A stretch of 64,000 bases of DNA, taken from the NCBI GenBank assembly GCA_034520665.1, contig JAXHNJ010000003.1, forward strand, positions 11,057 to 75,056, read 5' to 3'. The translations under genes were made by a program, and so were the position numbers. This DNA is from Patescibacteria group bacterium (lineage in GTDB: Bacteria > Patescibacteriota > Patescibacteriia > JAXHNJ01). The notes under the pieces are model-generated. The model ran no database searches, was not told where the DNA came from, and was given only the letters and a program-made list of their open reading frames with translations. Below are positions 27,556 to 38,041 of this stretch, one piece after another (the first letter of the stretch is position 1; each line of letters begins with the position of its first letter).

Positions 27556-29275
27556 ATTTTTAATTTTGAATTTATATCTGACCCTAGAGGATTCTCAAAC
27601 CATTGATGAAGGTCCTCATATTTCAGGCGGCTTAAGTTATTTAAAAACCGGTGATTTTCGTATTAACCCGGAACATCCTCCACTGGTCAAAGAGCTCTCA
27701 ACTTTACCCTTGTTAGGCCTTAATATCTCTATACCTACCGATCATGAAAGTTGGCATAATTATAACCAATGGGATTTTGGCCGTCAACTTATATACCACT
27801 CCTCTGCTTGGCCCGACACTATAGTTTTTTTAGCTCGACTCTTCCCTATTATTTTAGGCTTAATCCTCGGCTTTTATATTTACCGATGGGCTAAAGAAAT
27901 TTTTGGCTTTCAGTCCGGACTTTTGGCTTTATTTTTATATTGCCTCTCGCCTAACTTTATAGCCCACAGTCATCTAGTAACCACCGACACGGCCTTGGCT
28001 CTTTTCTTTGTTCTTATTATATACTATTTTGGTAAATATTTAAAAAATCCCAGTAAAAAAATACTTTTCGTAGCCGCTATTGTATTCGCCTTAGGTTTTA
28101 ACACTAAATATTCAGCTGTTTTATTTATTCCGGTTTTAATTTTTATCTACTTCTGGCATTGGCTAGTTAAAAAAGAAAAAACTAAACTGCGTTTAAAAAA
28201 ATTTTTATTAGTTTTTTTAGTATTTTTTGTTATAACGGCTGCTACTACTTTTATGCTTTATGGATTTGAAATGAAAAAACCACTTGAAGAGCCCCGAGTA
28301 CAAAAATTATACCAGGAAAGACAAGAACTAATTGACAAGAATTTAGTAAAAACCCAGCCGCTTTTTATCCAGCCTTTAGTTTCTTTAGCCAATCCGGAAA
28401 CCAAAACTGGTTCTTTTATTTATAATTTTGCTAAAAACATTTCAGTTCCGGCCTACACTTATTGGCGTGGCTTTTTTTCCGTTCTCAGTCATAATCATTG
28501 GGGTCATGGGGCCTACCTTATGGGTATGACTGGTACTCAAGGCTGGTGGTATTATTTTATAATAGCTTATTTAATAAAAACTCCTTTAACGACAGTTTTA
28601 CTCAGTCTATTTGTTTTTATTCTCTTTGTCTGGAAAAAAATTATAAAAAATATAGAAATACCTTTCTGGCAGAAAATTAAGAATATTGATTTTAAATATT
28701 GGCTGATTATCTGGCCGCCTTTAATATATTTTCTTTGGTCTTTAACTAGTCATATAAATTTGGGAGTAAGACATATTCTGCCGGTTTATCCTTTTATATT
28801 CATTGGTCTCTCTTCATTAGTCAGTATAAAAATAAGAAAAAGAAAAAGAAAAATTATTTATAATACCGGTTTAACTTTAATGATAATTTATTACCTGGCC
28901 ACTAATATAATGATTTTTCCCTTCTACCTTTCTTATTTTAACGAAGCTATTGGCGGGCCAGAAAACGGCCATCAATATCTGCTTGATTCTAATATAGACT
29001 GGGGACAGGATGTTAAAAGGCTCGAAAAATGGCTGGATAAAAATAATATTAAAAACTATCACACTTTGTTATTTGGCAGTCTTGATTCATCTTACTATTT
29101 GGATAACCAGCTATCTTTCCCTAAAAATGAAGAAGTGAGGCAAAACGGCATTTCTCCGGGTTATTATATAATTAGTGCTGGTCCTCTTTTTGATCCTAAT
29201 GGTGACTGGCATTGGCCTCATAAATATAAACCGATAAATAAAATTGGTTATTCTATCTATATTTACCAATTTTAA
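27452..29275 (+). CDS. GT-C fold glycosyltransferase (GT39/GT83, PMT/ArnT-like)
   Basis: 607 aa. DEGPHISGGLSYLKTGDFRINPEHPPLVKELSTLPLL is the characteristic first-loop motif of ArnT/PMT-like polyprenyl-phosphate-sugar dependent glycosyltransferases; more than ten TM helices. Confidence 0.75.
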   Translation: MLANKTPNSASPQKSRLNTFLKKYEKLLVILFLSIFLILNLYLTLEDSQTIDEGPHISGGLSYLKTGDFRINPEHPPLVKELSTLPLLGLNISIPTDHESWHNYNQWDFGRQLIYHSSAWPDTIVFLARLFPIILGLILGFYIYRWAKEIFGFQSGLLALFLYCLSPNFIAHSHLVTTDTALALFFVLIIYYFGKYLKNPSKKILFVAAIVFALGFNTKYSAVLFIPVLIFIYFWHWLVKKEKTKLRLKKFLLVFLVFFVITAATTFMLYGFEMKKPLEEPRVQKLYQERQELIDKNLVKTQPLFIQPLVSLANPETKTGSFIYNFAKNISVPAYTYWRGFFSVLSHNHWGHGAYLMGMTGTQGWWYYFIIAYLIKTPLTTVLLSLFVFILFVWKKIIKNIEIPFWQKIKNIDFKYWLIIWPPLIYFLWSLTSHINLGVRHILPVYPFIFIGLSSLVSIKIRKRKRKIIYNTGLTLMIIYYLATNIMIFPFYLSYFNEAIGGPENGHQYLLDSNIDWGQDVKRLEKWLDKNNIKNYHTLLFGSLDSSYYLDNQLSFPKNEEVRQNGISPGYYIISAGPLFDPNGDWHWPHKYKPINKIGYSIYIYQF

Positions 29276-29281
29276 AGGCGA

Positions 29282-29310
29282 TTGACTAAAAAGAAATATT
29301 ATGATATAAT
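29282..29310 (+). promoter_or_regulatory. sigma-70-type promoter for the pilB operon
   Basis: TTGACT, 17-nt spacer, TATAAT; 40 nt upstream of the pilB ATG. Confidence 0.55.
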
Positions 29311-29351
29311 ATAGTTAATCTAGAGACAAAAATAAAAATTATTTATATATA

Positions 29352-31085
29352 ATGTTAAATAACAAAAAACTCAAAGAAATTTTACTGAAAAGAAAAGCAA
29401 TCAACAAAGAAGATCTGGAAAAAGCCCTAAAAAAAGCCAAAAATAAAAACAAGCCCTTAGCCAATTATTTACTGGATAATAATTTAGTTTCTGAGGAAGT
29501 CATCTATGAATCAATGGCTAAGGAATTTAATATTCCTTTTGTTGATCTTAAAGATCGGGTTATTCGAAAAGATATTCTCAATCTAATACCAGAGCCGATC
29601 GTACAGGTTCATAAAATTGTCGCTTTTGAAAAAACAGATAAAGGCTTAAAAATTGCTTGTCTGGATCCGGAAGATATCCAGACTTTTGAATTTATCGAGA
29701 AAAAAACTGATCTTAAGCCGATTATCCATATTACCACCCCGGAAAGTATAAAGTCAGTTTTAAAACAATACCATAAGGGTTTAAAAGCTGAATTCAAAGA
29801 TATTAAAGGAAAAAAAGACAAAGCAAGCGGCCCGGTTCAGGAAAAGGATTTAAAAAAATTAGCAGAAGACCTGCCAGTAGTTAGAATAATTGATACTATT
29901 TTAGAATATGCTATTTATGAAAATGCTTCTGATATACATATTGAACCAACTGAAAAAGAAACTATAATCCGCTATCGCATAGATGGAATATTGCGAGATG
30001 TTATGACTTTGCCCAAGAATGTTCAGTCAGGAGTAGTGGCCAGAATTAAAATATTATCAAATTTAAAAATAGACGAGCACCGCTTACCTCAAGACGGACG
30101 TTTTAAAATTAATACTGAAAATCAGAAAGTTTCTTTTCGAGTTTCCATTATTCCAGTTTTTGACGGAGAAAAAATTGTTTTAAGACTTTTGCGTGAATCT
30201 GCTCAAGTATTAACCTTGGAACAACTTGGCTTTTTAAAAAAACCGCTCGAAATTGTTAAAAATAATATCAAAAAGCCCCATGGTGTTATTCTAGTTACCG
30301 GACCTACTGGCAGCGGTAAAACCACTACTCTTTACTCTATTTTGAATATCTTAAATAAACCCAAGGTCAATATCTCAACCATCGAAGATCCGGTTGAGTA
30401 CCGCATGCCCCGACTTAATCAGAGCCAGGTTAATCCAAAAATAGGATTTACTTTTGCTGCTGGTCTTCGTTCGCTCCTTCGCCAAGACCCTAATATTATA
30501 ATGGTGGGTGAAATTCGGGATAAAGAAACCGCTGAAATCGCCGTCCACTCAGCTATGACCGGTCATCTGGTTCTCTCTACTCTTCACACCAATGACGCGG
30601 CCACTACTCTGCCCCGATTAACTAAGATGGGAGTGCCTTCTTTTTTAATTGCTTCAACTACTAATGTCATAATTGCCCAAAGATTAGTTAGAAAAATATG
30701 TCTGGGTTGTATTGAAAGTTATACTTTGACTAAAAAAAATATAAAAGAACTGGAAAAACAGGTTAACTTTAAAAAGGTTTTAGAGGCTCTGGAAAAAGAA
30801 GGAGCCATAGTCTCAGCTGATCAGGACTTAGATTCTTTACTTTTTTACAGAGGTAAAGGTTGTAAGAAATGCAATGGTGAGGGCTATAAAGGCCGTATTG
30901 GTATCTATGAGGTTTTGCCTAATACTGAAGCTATTCAAAAAATTATTTTAGAAGGCGGATCAGCCGAGGATATACATAGAAAAGCTGTGGAAGAAGGTAT
31001 GATCACTGTTACTAATGACGGGTTTTATAAAGCCAAAACTGGTATTACCACCATTGAAGAGGTATTAAGAGTAACCCAGGAATAA
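29352..31085 (+). CDS. pilB: type IV pilus assembly ATPase PilB (GspE family)
   Basis: 577 aa. N-terminal GspII_E_N-like region, Walker A VTGPTGSGKTTT, Asp/His boxes, tetracysteine motif (CLGC...CKKC). Confidence 0.9.
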   Translation: MLNNKKLKEILLKRKAINKEDLEKALKKAKNKNKPLANYLLDNNLVSEEVIYESMAKEFNIPFVDLKDRVIRKDILNLIPEPIVQVHKIVAFEKTDKGLKIACLDPEDIQTFEFIEKKTDLKPIIHITTPESIKSVLKQYHKGLKAEFKDIKGKKDKASGPVQEKDLKKLAEDLPVVRIIDTILEYAIYENASDIHIEPTEKETIIRYRIDGILRDVMTLPKNVQSGVVARIKILSNLKIDEHRLPQDGRFKINTENQKVSFRVSIIPVFDGEKIVLRLLRESAQVLTLEQLGFLKKPLEIVKNNIKKPHGVILVTGPTGSGKTTTLYSILNILNKPKVNISTIEDPVEYRMPRLNQSQVNPKIGFTFAAGLRSLLRQDPNIIMVGEIRDKETAEIAVHSAMTGHLVLSTLHTNDAATTLPRLTKMGVPSFLIASTTNVIIAQRLVRKICLGCIESYTLTKKNIKELEKQVNFKKVLEALEKEGAIVSADQDLDSLLFYRGKGCKKCNGEGYKGRIGIYEVLPNTEAIQKIILEGGSAEDIHRKAVEEGMITVTNDGFYKAKTGITTIEEVLRVTQE

Positions 31086-31092
31086 AAATAAT

Positions 31093-32307
31093 ATGACACT
31101 TTTTAAATACTCTGCCAGTACCAAAACTGGTAAAAAAGTAAAAGGCCAAAAAAAGGTCGAAAATAAAACAGAACTAGTTGATTATCTTAAGTCCCAGAAT
31201 TTAACTTTGACTTCTTCAGAAAAAAAAGAAAAAAAATCACAAGACTTGAATTCCTTTTTAAGTAAATTTGAACGAATTAAACTAACTGAAAAAATATTTT
31301 TTGTTAATAACCTGGAAGTCATGATGCGCTCAGGCTTTTCTATTGGTAAAGCTTTAGATGTTATTGCCGAGCAAACAAAATCAAAAAAATTAACTAATAT
31401 TCTTCATCAATTAAAAGAAAACGTAGAAAGTGGTCAGTCTTTTGCTGAAGCTCTAAAAGAACATAAAAAAGTTTTTGGCGAATTATTTATCAATATGATC
31501 GCCGCTGGTGAGGCTTCCGGGCAATTAGATGAAGTTCTCAAAAAACTTAAAATACAGATGAAAAAAGACCATACTTTAGTTTCAAAGGTTAAGGGGGCCT
31601 TAACTTATCCGATTATTGTAGTCTTAGCTATGATTGGCGTCGGTATTGCTATGATGGTTTTTGTCATACCCCAACTAACTACCGTTTTTGAAGAATCAGG
31701 GGCTGAATTACCTTTAATCACCCGCCTGCTTATAGGTCTAAGTTATTTTATTGTTGCCAATGGTTTGTGGTTAGTCATTGGTTTAGTTCTAATTGTAATC
31801 TTGCTTTTTCGTTTTAAAAAAACAAAAAAAGGCCAAAAAATATTTCATAAAATAAATTTGAAAATACCCATATTTTCCCCGATTGTAAAAAAAGTTAACT
31901 TAGCCCGTTTTTCCCGGTCACTGCATTCTCTTTTAAAAACCGACATTCCGATTGTTAAATCATTTGAAATTATAGCCAGAGTTTTAGGAAATATATATTA
32001 TCGAAATGCTGTTAATGAAGCGGCTGAAAAATTAAAAAAGGGTGTCTCCGTAAAAAAATCTCTGGAAAAATATCCGGACCTTTTCACGCCAGTGATTCTA
32101 CAAATGATATCGGTCGGTGAAGAAAGCGGTAATTTAGACACTATCACTGAGGAAATTTCTAATTTTTATGAAGAAGAAATAGACCAAACTATGGATAATT
32201 TATCTACTATTATAGAACCGGTTCTAATGCTGCTTTTAGGCGCCGGCGTAGCCGGCATGGCCGCGGCCATAATTTTACCAATTTATTCACTCTCGGAAGC
32301 TATTTAA
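31093..32307 (+). CDS. pilC: type IV pilus platform protein PilC (GspF family)
   Basis: 404 aa. Two T2SSF repeats, three TM helices. Confidence 0.88.
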   Translation: MTLFKYSASTKTGKKVKGQKKVENKTELVDYLKSQNLTLTSSEKKEKKSQDLNSFLSKFERIKLTEKIFFVNNLEVMMRSGFSIGKALDVIAEQTKSKKLTNILHQLKENVESGQSFAEALKEHKKVFGELFINMIAAGEASGQLDEVLKKLKIQMKKDHTLVSKVKGALTYPIIVVLAMIGVGIAMMVFVIPQLTTVFEESGAELPLITRLLIGLSYFIVANGLWLVIGLVLIVILLFRFKKTKKGQKIFHKINLKIPIFSPIVKKVNLARFSRSLHSLLKTDIPIVKSFEIIARVLGNIYYRNAVNEAAEKLKKGVSVKKSLEKYPDLFTPVILQMISVGEESGNLDTITEEISNFYEEEIDQTMDNLSTIIEPVLMLLLGAGVAGMAAAIILPIYSLSEAI

Positions 32308-33261
32308 ATGAAAGATCAAAGTAAAAAAAAGGGTTTTACCCTGATAGAATCCTTAGTGGCTATTTTTGTTATGTCTTTACTTATTTTTATCTATGCTAAT
32401 ACAACCTATTATATCCGCCTGGCCACTGAACTTAAACAAACTATCCAAGCTTATAACATTGCTCAGGAAGAAATCGAAGCCTTAAGATTTTTACCTTTCT
32501 CTTCTCTGACCAATCAAACAGAAGGAAATTTTTTAAATGTGCTCTATAATCAAGGTCAATGGCAAGTCAATCAAAATGGTTCTAACAATTATTATGAAAC
32601 CTTTTCACAGGATATTTCTGATCTAACCAGCCAAGCATTATTACCTCTTTCAGGCTTAAGTGATTTTGATCTGGAAACCGATATATACATAGATTCTGAT
32701 TCACCAGCCAATTGGTCGACTGGTTTTTTCATTCGAGCCCAGGACAAAAATAACAATTATAAAATTATTTTTAACTCTGATAATTTTTATTTTTATAAAA
32801 CCGTATCCGGAGTAGAAACAGAAATTTTTTCTACTTCTCTGCCTACCACCACTGACAGCTGGAATACTTATAAAATCTCAGCTAACAGTAATAACTTTGA
32901 ATTTTTCCGCAACTCAACTTCTATCGGTACAGCCAATGACCCGGATACTATTTTTGATAGTGGTAAAATTTCTTTAATTGGCATAAATGGTATAAAAGCC
33001 CGATTTGATAATGTTAAAATAAATTCAAGCCTTGTTGATAACGGAGATTTTTCTTCCGGTCCTCTTGGCGAGGTAGCACAAAATTGGCAATGGTTAAGTC
33101 TTTATTCTTTACCCCAGGCCAAAGCTCAGTTAACAATTTCTGATTACTCTTCAAATCCTAATATCAAACAAGTTATTGCTGAAATTGAATGGCAGTCCCC
33201 ACAGAAAACAAAAAATATAAGCCTAGAAACATTAATAAGTAAATATGGTATACATGAATAA
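32308..33261 (+). CDS. prepilin-type N-terminal cleavage/methylation domain protein (pilin/pseudopilin with large C-terminal domain)
   Basis: 317 aa. Class III signal KKGFTLIESLVAIFVMSLL (G/FTLIE). Confidence 0.7.
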   Translation: MKDQSKKKGFTLIESLVAIFVMSLLIFIYANTTYYIRLATELKQTIQAYNIAQEEIEALRFLPFSSLTNQTEGNFLNVLYNQGQWQVNQNGSNNYYETFSQDISDLTSQALLPLSGLSDFDLETDIYIDSDSPANWSTGFFIRAQDKNNNYKIIFNSDNFYFYKTVSGVETEIFSTSLPTTTDSWNTYKISANSNNFEFFRNSTSIGTANDPDTIFDSGKISLIGINGIKARFDNVKINSSLVDNGDFSSGPLGEVAQNWQWLSLYSLPQAKAQLTISDYSSNPNIKQVIAEIEWQSPQKTKNISLETLISKYGIHE

Positions 33262-33805
33262 AAAAAAGGGCATGACTCTTGCTGAAATGCTAATTTCTAT
33301 TTCTATTATCTCAATTGTAGCCCTTGTTTTATCATTATTAATAATTTCTTCTTATTCAATTGTTCGCATCCAGCGCTCTTACCTTAATTTACAACAGGAG
33401 AGCACTAGTGCTTTAAAAAATATTTCAAATTCTTTAAATCTTTCCAGTGAAATAGTTAATTATCCTCAATCAACTCCTACCTATTATTCTAATAAAAATA
33501 CTCTGGCCTTAAAAATAAATGCCATAGACGAGGCCAATACTCCCCTAGAAAGCACTTATGATTATTTTATATATTATCTGGAAGATAACCAGTTAAAATT
33601 AAAAATTGACGCTGATCCTCTTAGTACTGGACGAGAAGATAAGGTAAAAGTTATCAGTACTTTTGTCGATAATGTAATTTTTCGATATAATGAAGTTGAT
33701 CCGGTTAACGCCAATTATGTTTCAATTACCTTAATAGCCTCTGACACGATTGGTAATCAGAAAAAAGAAACCATTTTTCAAACAAGTTCTTATTTAAGAA
33801 ATTAA
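33245..33805 (+). CDS. prepilin-type pseudopilin
   Basis: 186 aa. KKGMTLAEMLISISII prepilin peptidase motif. Confidence 0.7.
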   Translation: MVYMNKKKGMTLAEMLISISIISIVALVLSLLIISSYSIVRIQRSYLNLQQESTSALKNISNSLNLSSEIVNYPQSTPTYYSNKNTLALKINAIDEANTPLESTYDYFIYYLEDNQLKLKIDADPLSTGREDKVKVISTFVDNVIFRYNEVDPVNANYVSITLIASDTIGNQKKETIFQTSSYLRN

Positions 33806-33808
33806 GCT

Positions 33809-35614
33809 ATGAATAATAAAGGACAAATTTTAGCCATAGTCGTTACTTTTTTAGGAGTTTCTGTTTTATTAACAGCCGTCCTAATAAGTTTTATTATTGG
33901 TAACAACTATATTGTCCAGAAAAGATACCAGCAAAAAATAGCCTTTAATTTAGCTGAGGCCGGTATTGACAAAGCTATTGAAGAAATCAATCAAGATAGC
34001 AGTTTCAGCGGTGAAAATGTTGATCTTGACTTGGGTTCTTTTTCCAACAATGTTACCAGCTTATCCGGTAATACTATGCAAATTGAATCCACTGGTTATT
34101 ATCCTTCGGCGGCCCAGGCAAAGACTTCTAAAACCGTGCGAGCACAAATAGAATTAAACACTGATGACGTGGCCTTTCACTATGGCGTTCAGGTTGGTGC
34201 CGGCGGAATTGCCATGGCTAATAATTCTGAAATTTTCGGTAATGTTTATTCCAATGGAAACATCACTGGTTCAGGGATAATAAACGGTACTGCTCAAGTG
34301 GCCACTGGCTCTCAGTTCAGCTATTCGCATGAAGTCCAAAGCTTAGGTGTTGATGGCCAGCAGGTTTTTGGCCAGGCCTCGCCGGTCCTTGATTTAGCCC
34401 AAAGTTTTAAGGTGGATCAGGAAGCGCCGATCGCCCAGGTGGCCCTAAAATTAAAAAAAAGATGTAATAATCCAGCCCAGTGTCCGCCAAATTTAACCTT
34501 AAGAATTTTAGGCGATGACAACGGCTCGCCAGATAAAAACAATGTTCTTGCTTCAGGAATTTTATATGCCAGCCAAGTTTCAAGAAACGATTTCGGCTGG
34601 ATTAATATTACCTTAACCTCTAACCCAATTTTGAGTGCTGACACTACTTACTGGCTGATGCTGGATACTTCGGCTAATGCCAATCGTTACTGGTGGTGGG
34701 CTAAAGACAAAAATCAGGGCTATGGCAATGGCCTGGCTAAGTATTCACCAAACTGGGATGACACCAATCCTTTATGGACGGAAATAATCGGAGATTTAAA
34801 TTTTCAAATTTATTTGGGCACTAACTCTACTTATCTGGACGGTCCGGCCGTAAATGATGATGTTTTTGCCTACGAAATAAAAAATTCAAATATAAGCGGC
34901 GAGGCTTATTATACTTTCATTGATTCAGCCAGTCGAGTGCAGGGTTCTCCCTGTCCGAATGAATACTGCCATCCGGACACACCGGCCCCACCTTTGTCTA
35001 ATCTCCCTATTTCCGAGGTCAATATTCTTGATTGGAAAAAAGAGGCCGAAGCCGGTGAAACTATTGAAGGTGATTATAGTCTTTCCGGCACCACCGCTCT
35101 GGGACCAGCCGTTATAAATGGAAATCTAACCATTGAAATAAACGCTGTATTAGAGCTGACCGGCACGGTTTATGTCAAGGGCGATATCAGCATTATCAAT
35201 AACGCGCAAATATACCTAGCCTCTGAATATGGCTCTTTAAGCGGCTTAATTATCGCTGATGGCAAAATTGATGTCCAAAACAATGTCTTTTTCTGCGGTT
35301 CTGGCTATTCGACCGGTCCAACTTGCGACACCAGCAACAATAGTTTTATTATGCTTCTCTCCACCAGTGATAAGGCTACTGACAGCGATCCAGCTATTGA
35401 TGTCATGAACAACGCCAAAGCGGTAATTTTTTACGCCGGTCAAGGCGCTATCAAAATGCATAATAACGCCGGTGTTTATGAAGCAACGGCTTATAAACTG
35501 ATACTTGAGCAAAACGCCACGGTTGAATACGATCACGGCTTGGCCAATGCCAGCTTCTCTTCCGGGCCCGGTGCTAGCTGGGCTTTGAAAAAAGGCACCT
35601 GGCAGGTATACTAA
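33809..35614 (+). CDS. large type IV pilus-associated protein (PilX/minor-pilin-like N-terminus)
   Basis: 601 aa. A single N-terminal TM/pilin-like helix with no G-1 cleavage motif, followed by a long Ser/Thr/Asn/Gly-rich beta-rich region. Placed between the pseudopilins and pilM. Confidence 0.4.
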   Translation: MNNKGQILAIVVTFLGVSVLLTAVLISFIIGNNYIVQKRYQQKIAFNLAEAGIDKAIEEINQDSSFSGENVDLDLGSFSNNVTSLSGNTMQIESTGYYPSAAQAKTSKTVRAQIELNTDDVAFHYGVQVGAGGIAMANNSEIFGNVYSNGNITGSGIINGTAQVATGSQFSYSHEVQSLGVDGQQVFGQASPVLDLAQSFKVDQEAPIAQVALKLKKRCNNPAQCPPNLTLRILGDDNGSPDKNNVLASGILYASQVSRNDFGWINITLTSNPILSADTTYWLMLDTSANANRYWWWAKDKNQGYGNGLAKYSPNWDDTNPLWTEIIGDLNFQIYLGTNSTYLDGPAVNDDVFAYEIKNSNISGEAYYTFIDSASRVQGSPCPNEYCHPDTPAPPLSNLPISEVNILDWKKEAEAGETIEGDYSLSGTTALGPAVINGNLTIEINAVLELTGTVYVKGDISIINNAQIYLASEYGSLSGLIIADGKIDVQNNVFFCGSGYSTGPTCDTSNNSFIMLLSTSDKATDSDPAIDVMNNAKAVIFYAGQGAIKMHNNAGVYEATAYKLILEQNATVEYDHGLANASFSSGPGASWALKKGTWQVY

Positions 35615-35618
35615 TAAT

Positions 35619-36662
35619 ATGTTTAAATTAAATCCATTTAAAAACTCGTTTGGCCTTGATTTATCGGAAGATGCTATCCGGTTGGTTAAAATTGATAAAA
35701 AGAAAAAAAAATTAATTAGTCTTAATGAAGAAAATATAGAGCCTGGAATTATTGAAGATGGTGAAATTAAAGAAGAAAAAAAATTAAAAAAATATATAAG
35801 TAAATTAATAGAAAAACCACATGGTCATAAATTAAGAACCAAATTTGTTCACTGCGGTATACCGGAAAGAAAAACTTTTATCAAATTAATAGAAGTAAAT
35901 AATCGCCACAAGTCTAGTCTTTCCGAAGCTATTAAATGGGAAGCTTCACAACATATTCCTTTTAGTCCGGATAAAATTTATCTTGATTGGAATATTATTA
36001 AAACAAAAAATGCTAACAATAACGCCAGCGTACTTGTCGGAGCCGCTCCCAAAATAATTATTGATTCATATTCTAAAATCATAAATTCAGTAAATTTAAC
36101 CCCATTATCTTTTGAAATGGAATCCGTAGCCACTATCCGTGCGATAATTGCTCAAAATAATAAAATTTCCCAAACAACTTTAGTTATAGATTTAGGCGGT
36201 AATCACACAAACTTAATAATTTTTGACAGAAATTCAATCCAATTTTCATCCTCACTTACATTTTCCGGTGAAAAAATAACAAAAAAAATTATGGAGAAGC
36301 TTAAAATAAACAGAGAAGATGCTGAAAAACTTAAAATACTTTACGGGCTTGAGAAAAAAAAGGGCAAGGGTAAAATAAGAAAGGTCATAGAACCTGAATT
36401 TAATAAATTAACAGATAAAATAAACGAAATTGAAAGCTTCTATATAAATCATTTTCCTCATAGTAATAAAATTAAAGATATTATTCTTTGCGGCGGTGGC
36501 TCTCAGCTAAAATATCTTCCTCAACTTATCAGTCATAAAACTAAAAAATCCACCATCCTAGCTAATCCACTAAACTATCTCAATTCTGATAAAAAAATTA
36601 AAAATATTATTAAGAAAAACTCACCTTCATTTACCACCGCTATTGGTCTGGCTCTAAAATAA
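35619..36662 (+). CDS. pilM: type IV pilus assembly protein PilM
   Basis: 347 aa. Actin-like ATPase fold markers (FGLDLSEDAIRLVKI at the N-terminus, ILCGGGSQL). Confidence 0.75.
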   Translation: MFKLNPFKNSFGLDLSEDAIRLVKIDKKKKKLISLNEENIEPGIIEDGEIKEEKKLKKYISKLIEKPHGHKLRTKFVHCGIPERKTFIKLIEVNNRHKSSLSEAIKWEASQHIPFSPDKIYLDWNIIKTKNANNNASVLVGAAPKIIIDSYSKIINSVNLTPLSFEMESVATIRAIIAQNNKISQTTLVIDLGGNHTNLIIFDRNSIQFSSSLTFSGEKITKKIMEKLKINREDAEKLKILYGLEKKKGKGKIRKVIEPEFNKLTDKINEIESFYINHFPHSNKIKDIILCGGGSQLKYLPQLISHKTKKSTILANPLNYLNSDKKIKNIIKKNSPSFTTAIGLALK

Positions 36663-36670
36663 ATATATTT

Positions 36671-37240
36671 ATGATTAAATTAAATCTACTTTCAAATCAA
36701 AAGAAGAAAGAACTTAAAGAGTACAAAATTCTTAACACCTTTAGAATAGCTTCTTATTTGGTTATAGTTTTTTTAGTTTTGATCATTATGTCTTTGTATG
36801 GCGTTAGTTATTATCTTAGTAACCAGGTAAAAGAAATTAGTGATAAAAATGAAGCTAGTCAAAATAGACAGTCACAAGAAGGTAATATTAGTTATTCAAA
36901 AACAATATCTGAAATAAATAGTGATATTCAAGATATAAAAAAAATACAATCTGATTATATAATTTTTTCCGATTATCTTAAAGATTATACCAAGATAATC
37001 CCCTCTGATCTGAAGCTTACAAATCTGAGTGTAAATAACGAAACTAATCTTATACAAATAAAAGGTCTGGCTCCTACCCGCGAGGTTTTTTTGCAATTTA
37101 AAACAAATTTGGAAAACTCTAATCTCATTAAAGAAATAGATTCTCCCATTTCAAATTTAATAAAAAAAGTTAATGTGGATTTTACTATTAGTGGAAAAAT
37201 GATATTAGACAGTTATAATATCAACAATTATGAAATTTAA
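36671..37240 (+). CDS. pilN: type IV pilus assembly protein PilN
   Basis: 189 aa. IKLNLL N-terminal motif, single TM, coiled coil; follows pilM. Confidence 0.6.
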   Translation: MIKLNLLSNQKKKELKEYKILNTFRIASYLVIVFLVLIIMSLYGVSYYLSNQVKEISDKNEASQNRQSQEGNISYSKTISEINSDIQDIKKIQSDYIIFSDYLKDYTKIIPSDLKLTNLSVNNETNLIQIKGLAPTREVFLQFKTNLENSNLIKEIDSPISNLIKKVNVDFTISGKMILDSYNINNYEI

Positions 37241-37760
37241 AGAAATAAAATTAATTTATACGGCTGTTTTATTAGGAGCTATTATAGCTGTCTATATTTT
37301 TTTAGTAATGCCTTTAAGATCATCAATAAGTCAAACCAGACAAAATCTGCAAAATCAAAAAATAACCCAAGAAATACTTAAAAACCGTTCAGAGAATATT
37401 AGCACTTATAAAAAAGATATTGAGGAAATTAAGACTAAAAAAAACCGTTTAGAAGATATGTTTATAAGCTCCGAAAAACAAATTGATTTTTTCCGGCAAT
37501 TAGAGAATGTTGCCAAAGATTTAAACTTAAACTTAAATTATACCCTTGAGCAAACTTCTAATAATAAAGATAATATAAAAACCGTTAATCTAAAGATTAA
37601 ACTTGACGGAGCCTATACTGATAATCTTAAATACCTAGCTTCATTAGAGGCTTTACCTTATTATATTAAAACTAGTAATATTAGCTTTACCAATAGTAAT
37701 AATTCTAATATCACCGTCAATATTCAAGCAATAACTTATTGGCAAAACAATGAAAATTAA
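37230..37760 (+). CDS. pilO: PilO-like bitopic pilus assembly protein
   Basis: 176 aa. N-terminal TM plus coiled coil, position after pilN. Confidence 0.45.
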   Translation: MKFKEIKLIYTAVLLGAIIAVYIFLVMPLRSSISQTRQNLQNQKITQEILKNRSENISTYKKDIEEIKTKKNRLEDMFISSEKQIDFFRQLENVAKDLNLNLNYTLEQTSNNKDNIKTVNLKIKLDGAYTDNLKYLASLEALPYYIKTSNISFTNSNNSNITVNIQAITYWQNNEN

Positions 37761-38016
37761 TTTTGATAAAGAAAAAATTTATAAATTATTCAAGAAAAAT
37801 ATAGTAATTTTAATAATAATTATATTTTCTATAGTTTTTTTAGAAAACCTCTATTTCATTTATAAAAATATAAGAGAACCAAGCATTAATGAAGCTCAGC
37901 TTTCAAGTCAAGAAGAAAAAATTAATAATAAATTATATAATCAAATAATTGAAAAAGATAATAAAAAAACCAATCCAAGAATTGATCGGATGGATAATTT
38001 GAATAACCCTTTTTAA
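37750..38016 (+). CDS. small bitopic membrane protein (end of pilus operon; PilP-like position)
   Basis: 88 aa, one TM. Confidence 0.3.
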   Translation: MKINFDKEKIYKLFKKNIVILIIIIFSIVFLENLYFIYKNIREPSINEAQLSSQEEKINNKLYNQIIEKDNKKTNPRIDRMDNLNNPF

Positions 38017-38041
38017 TAAGTTTTAATTAAAAAAGTGTTTA

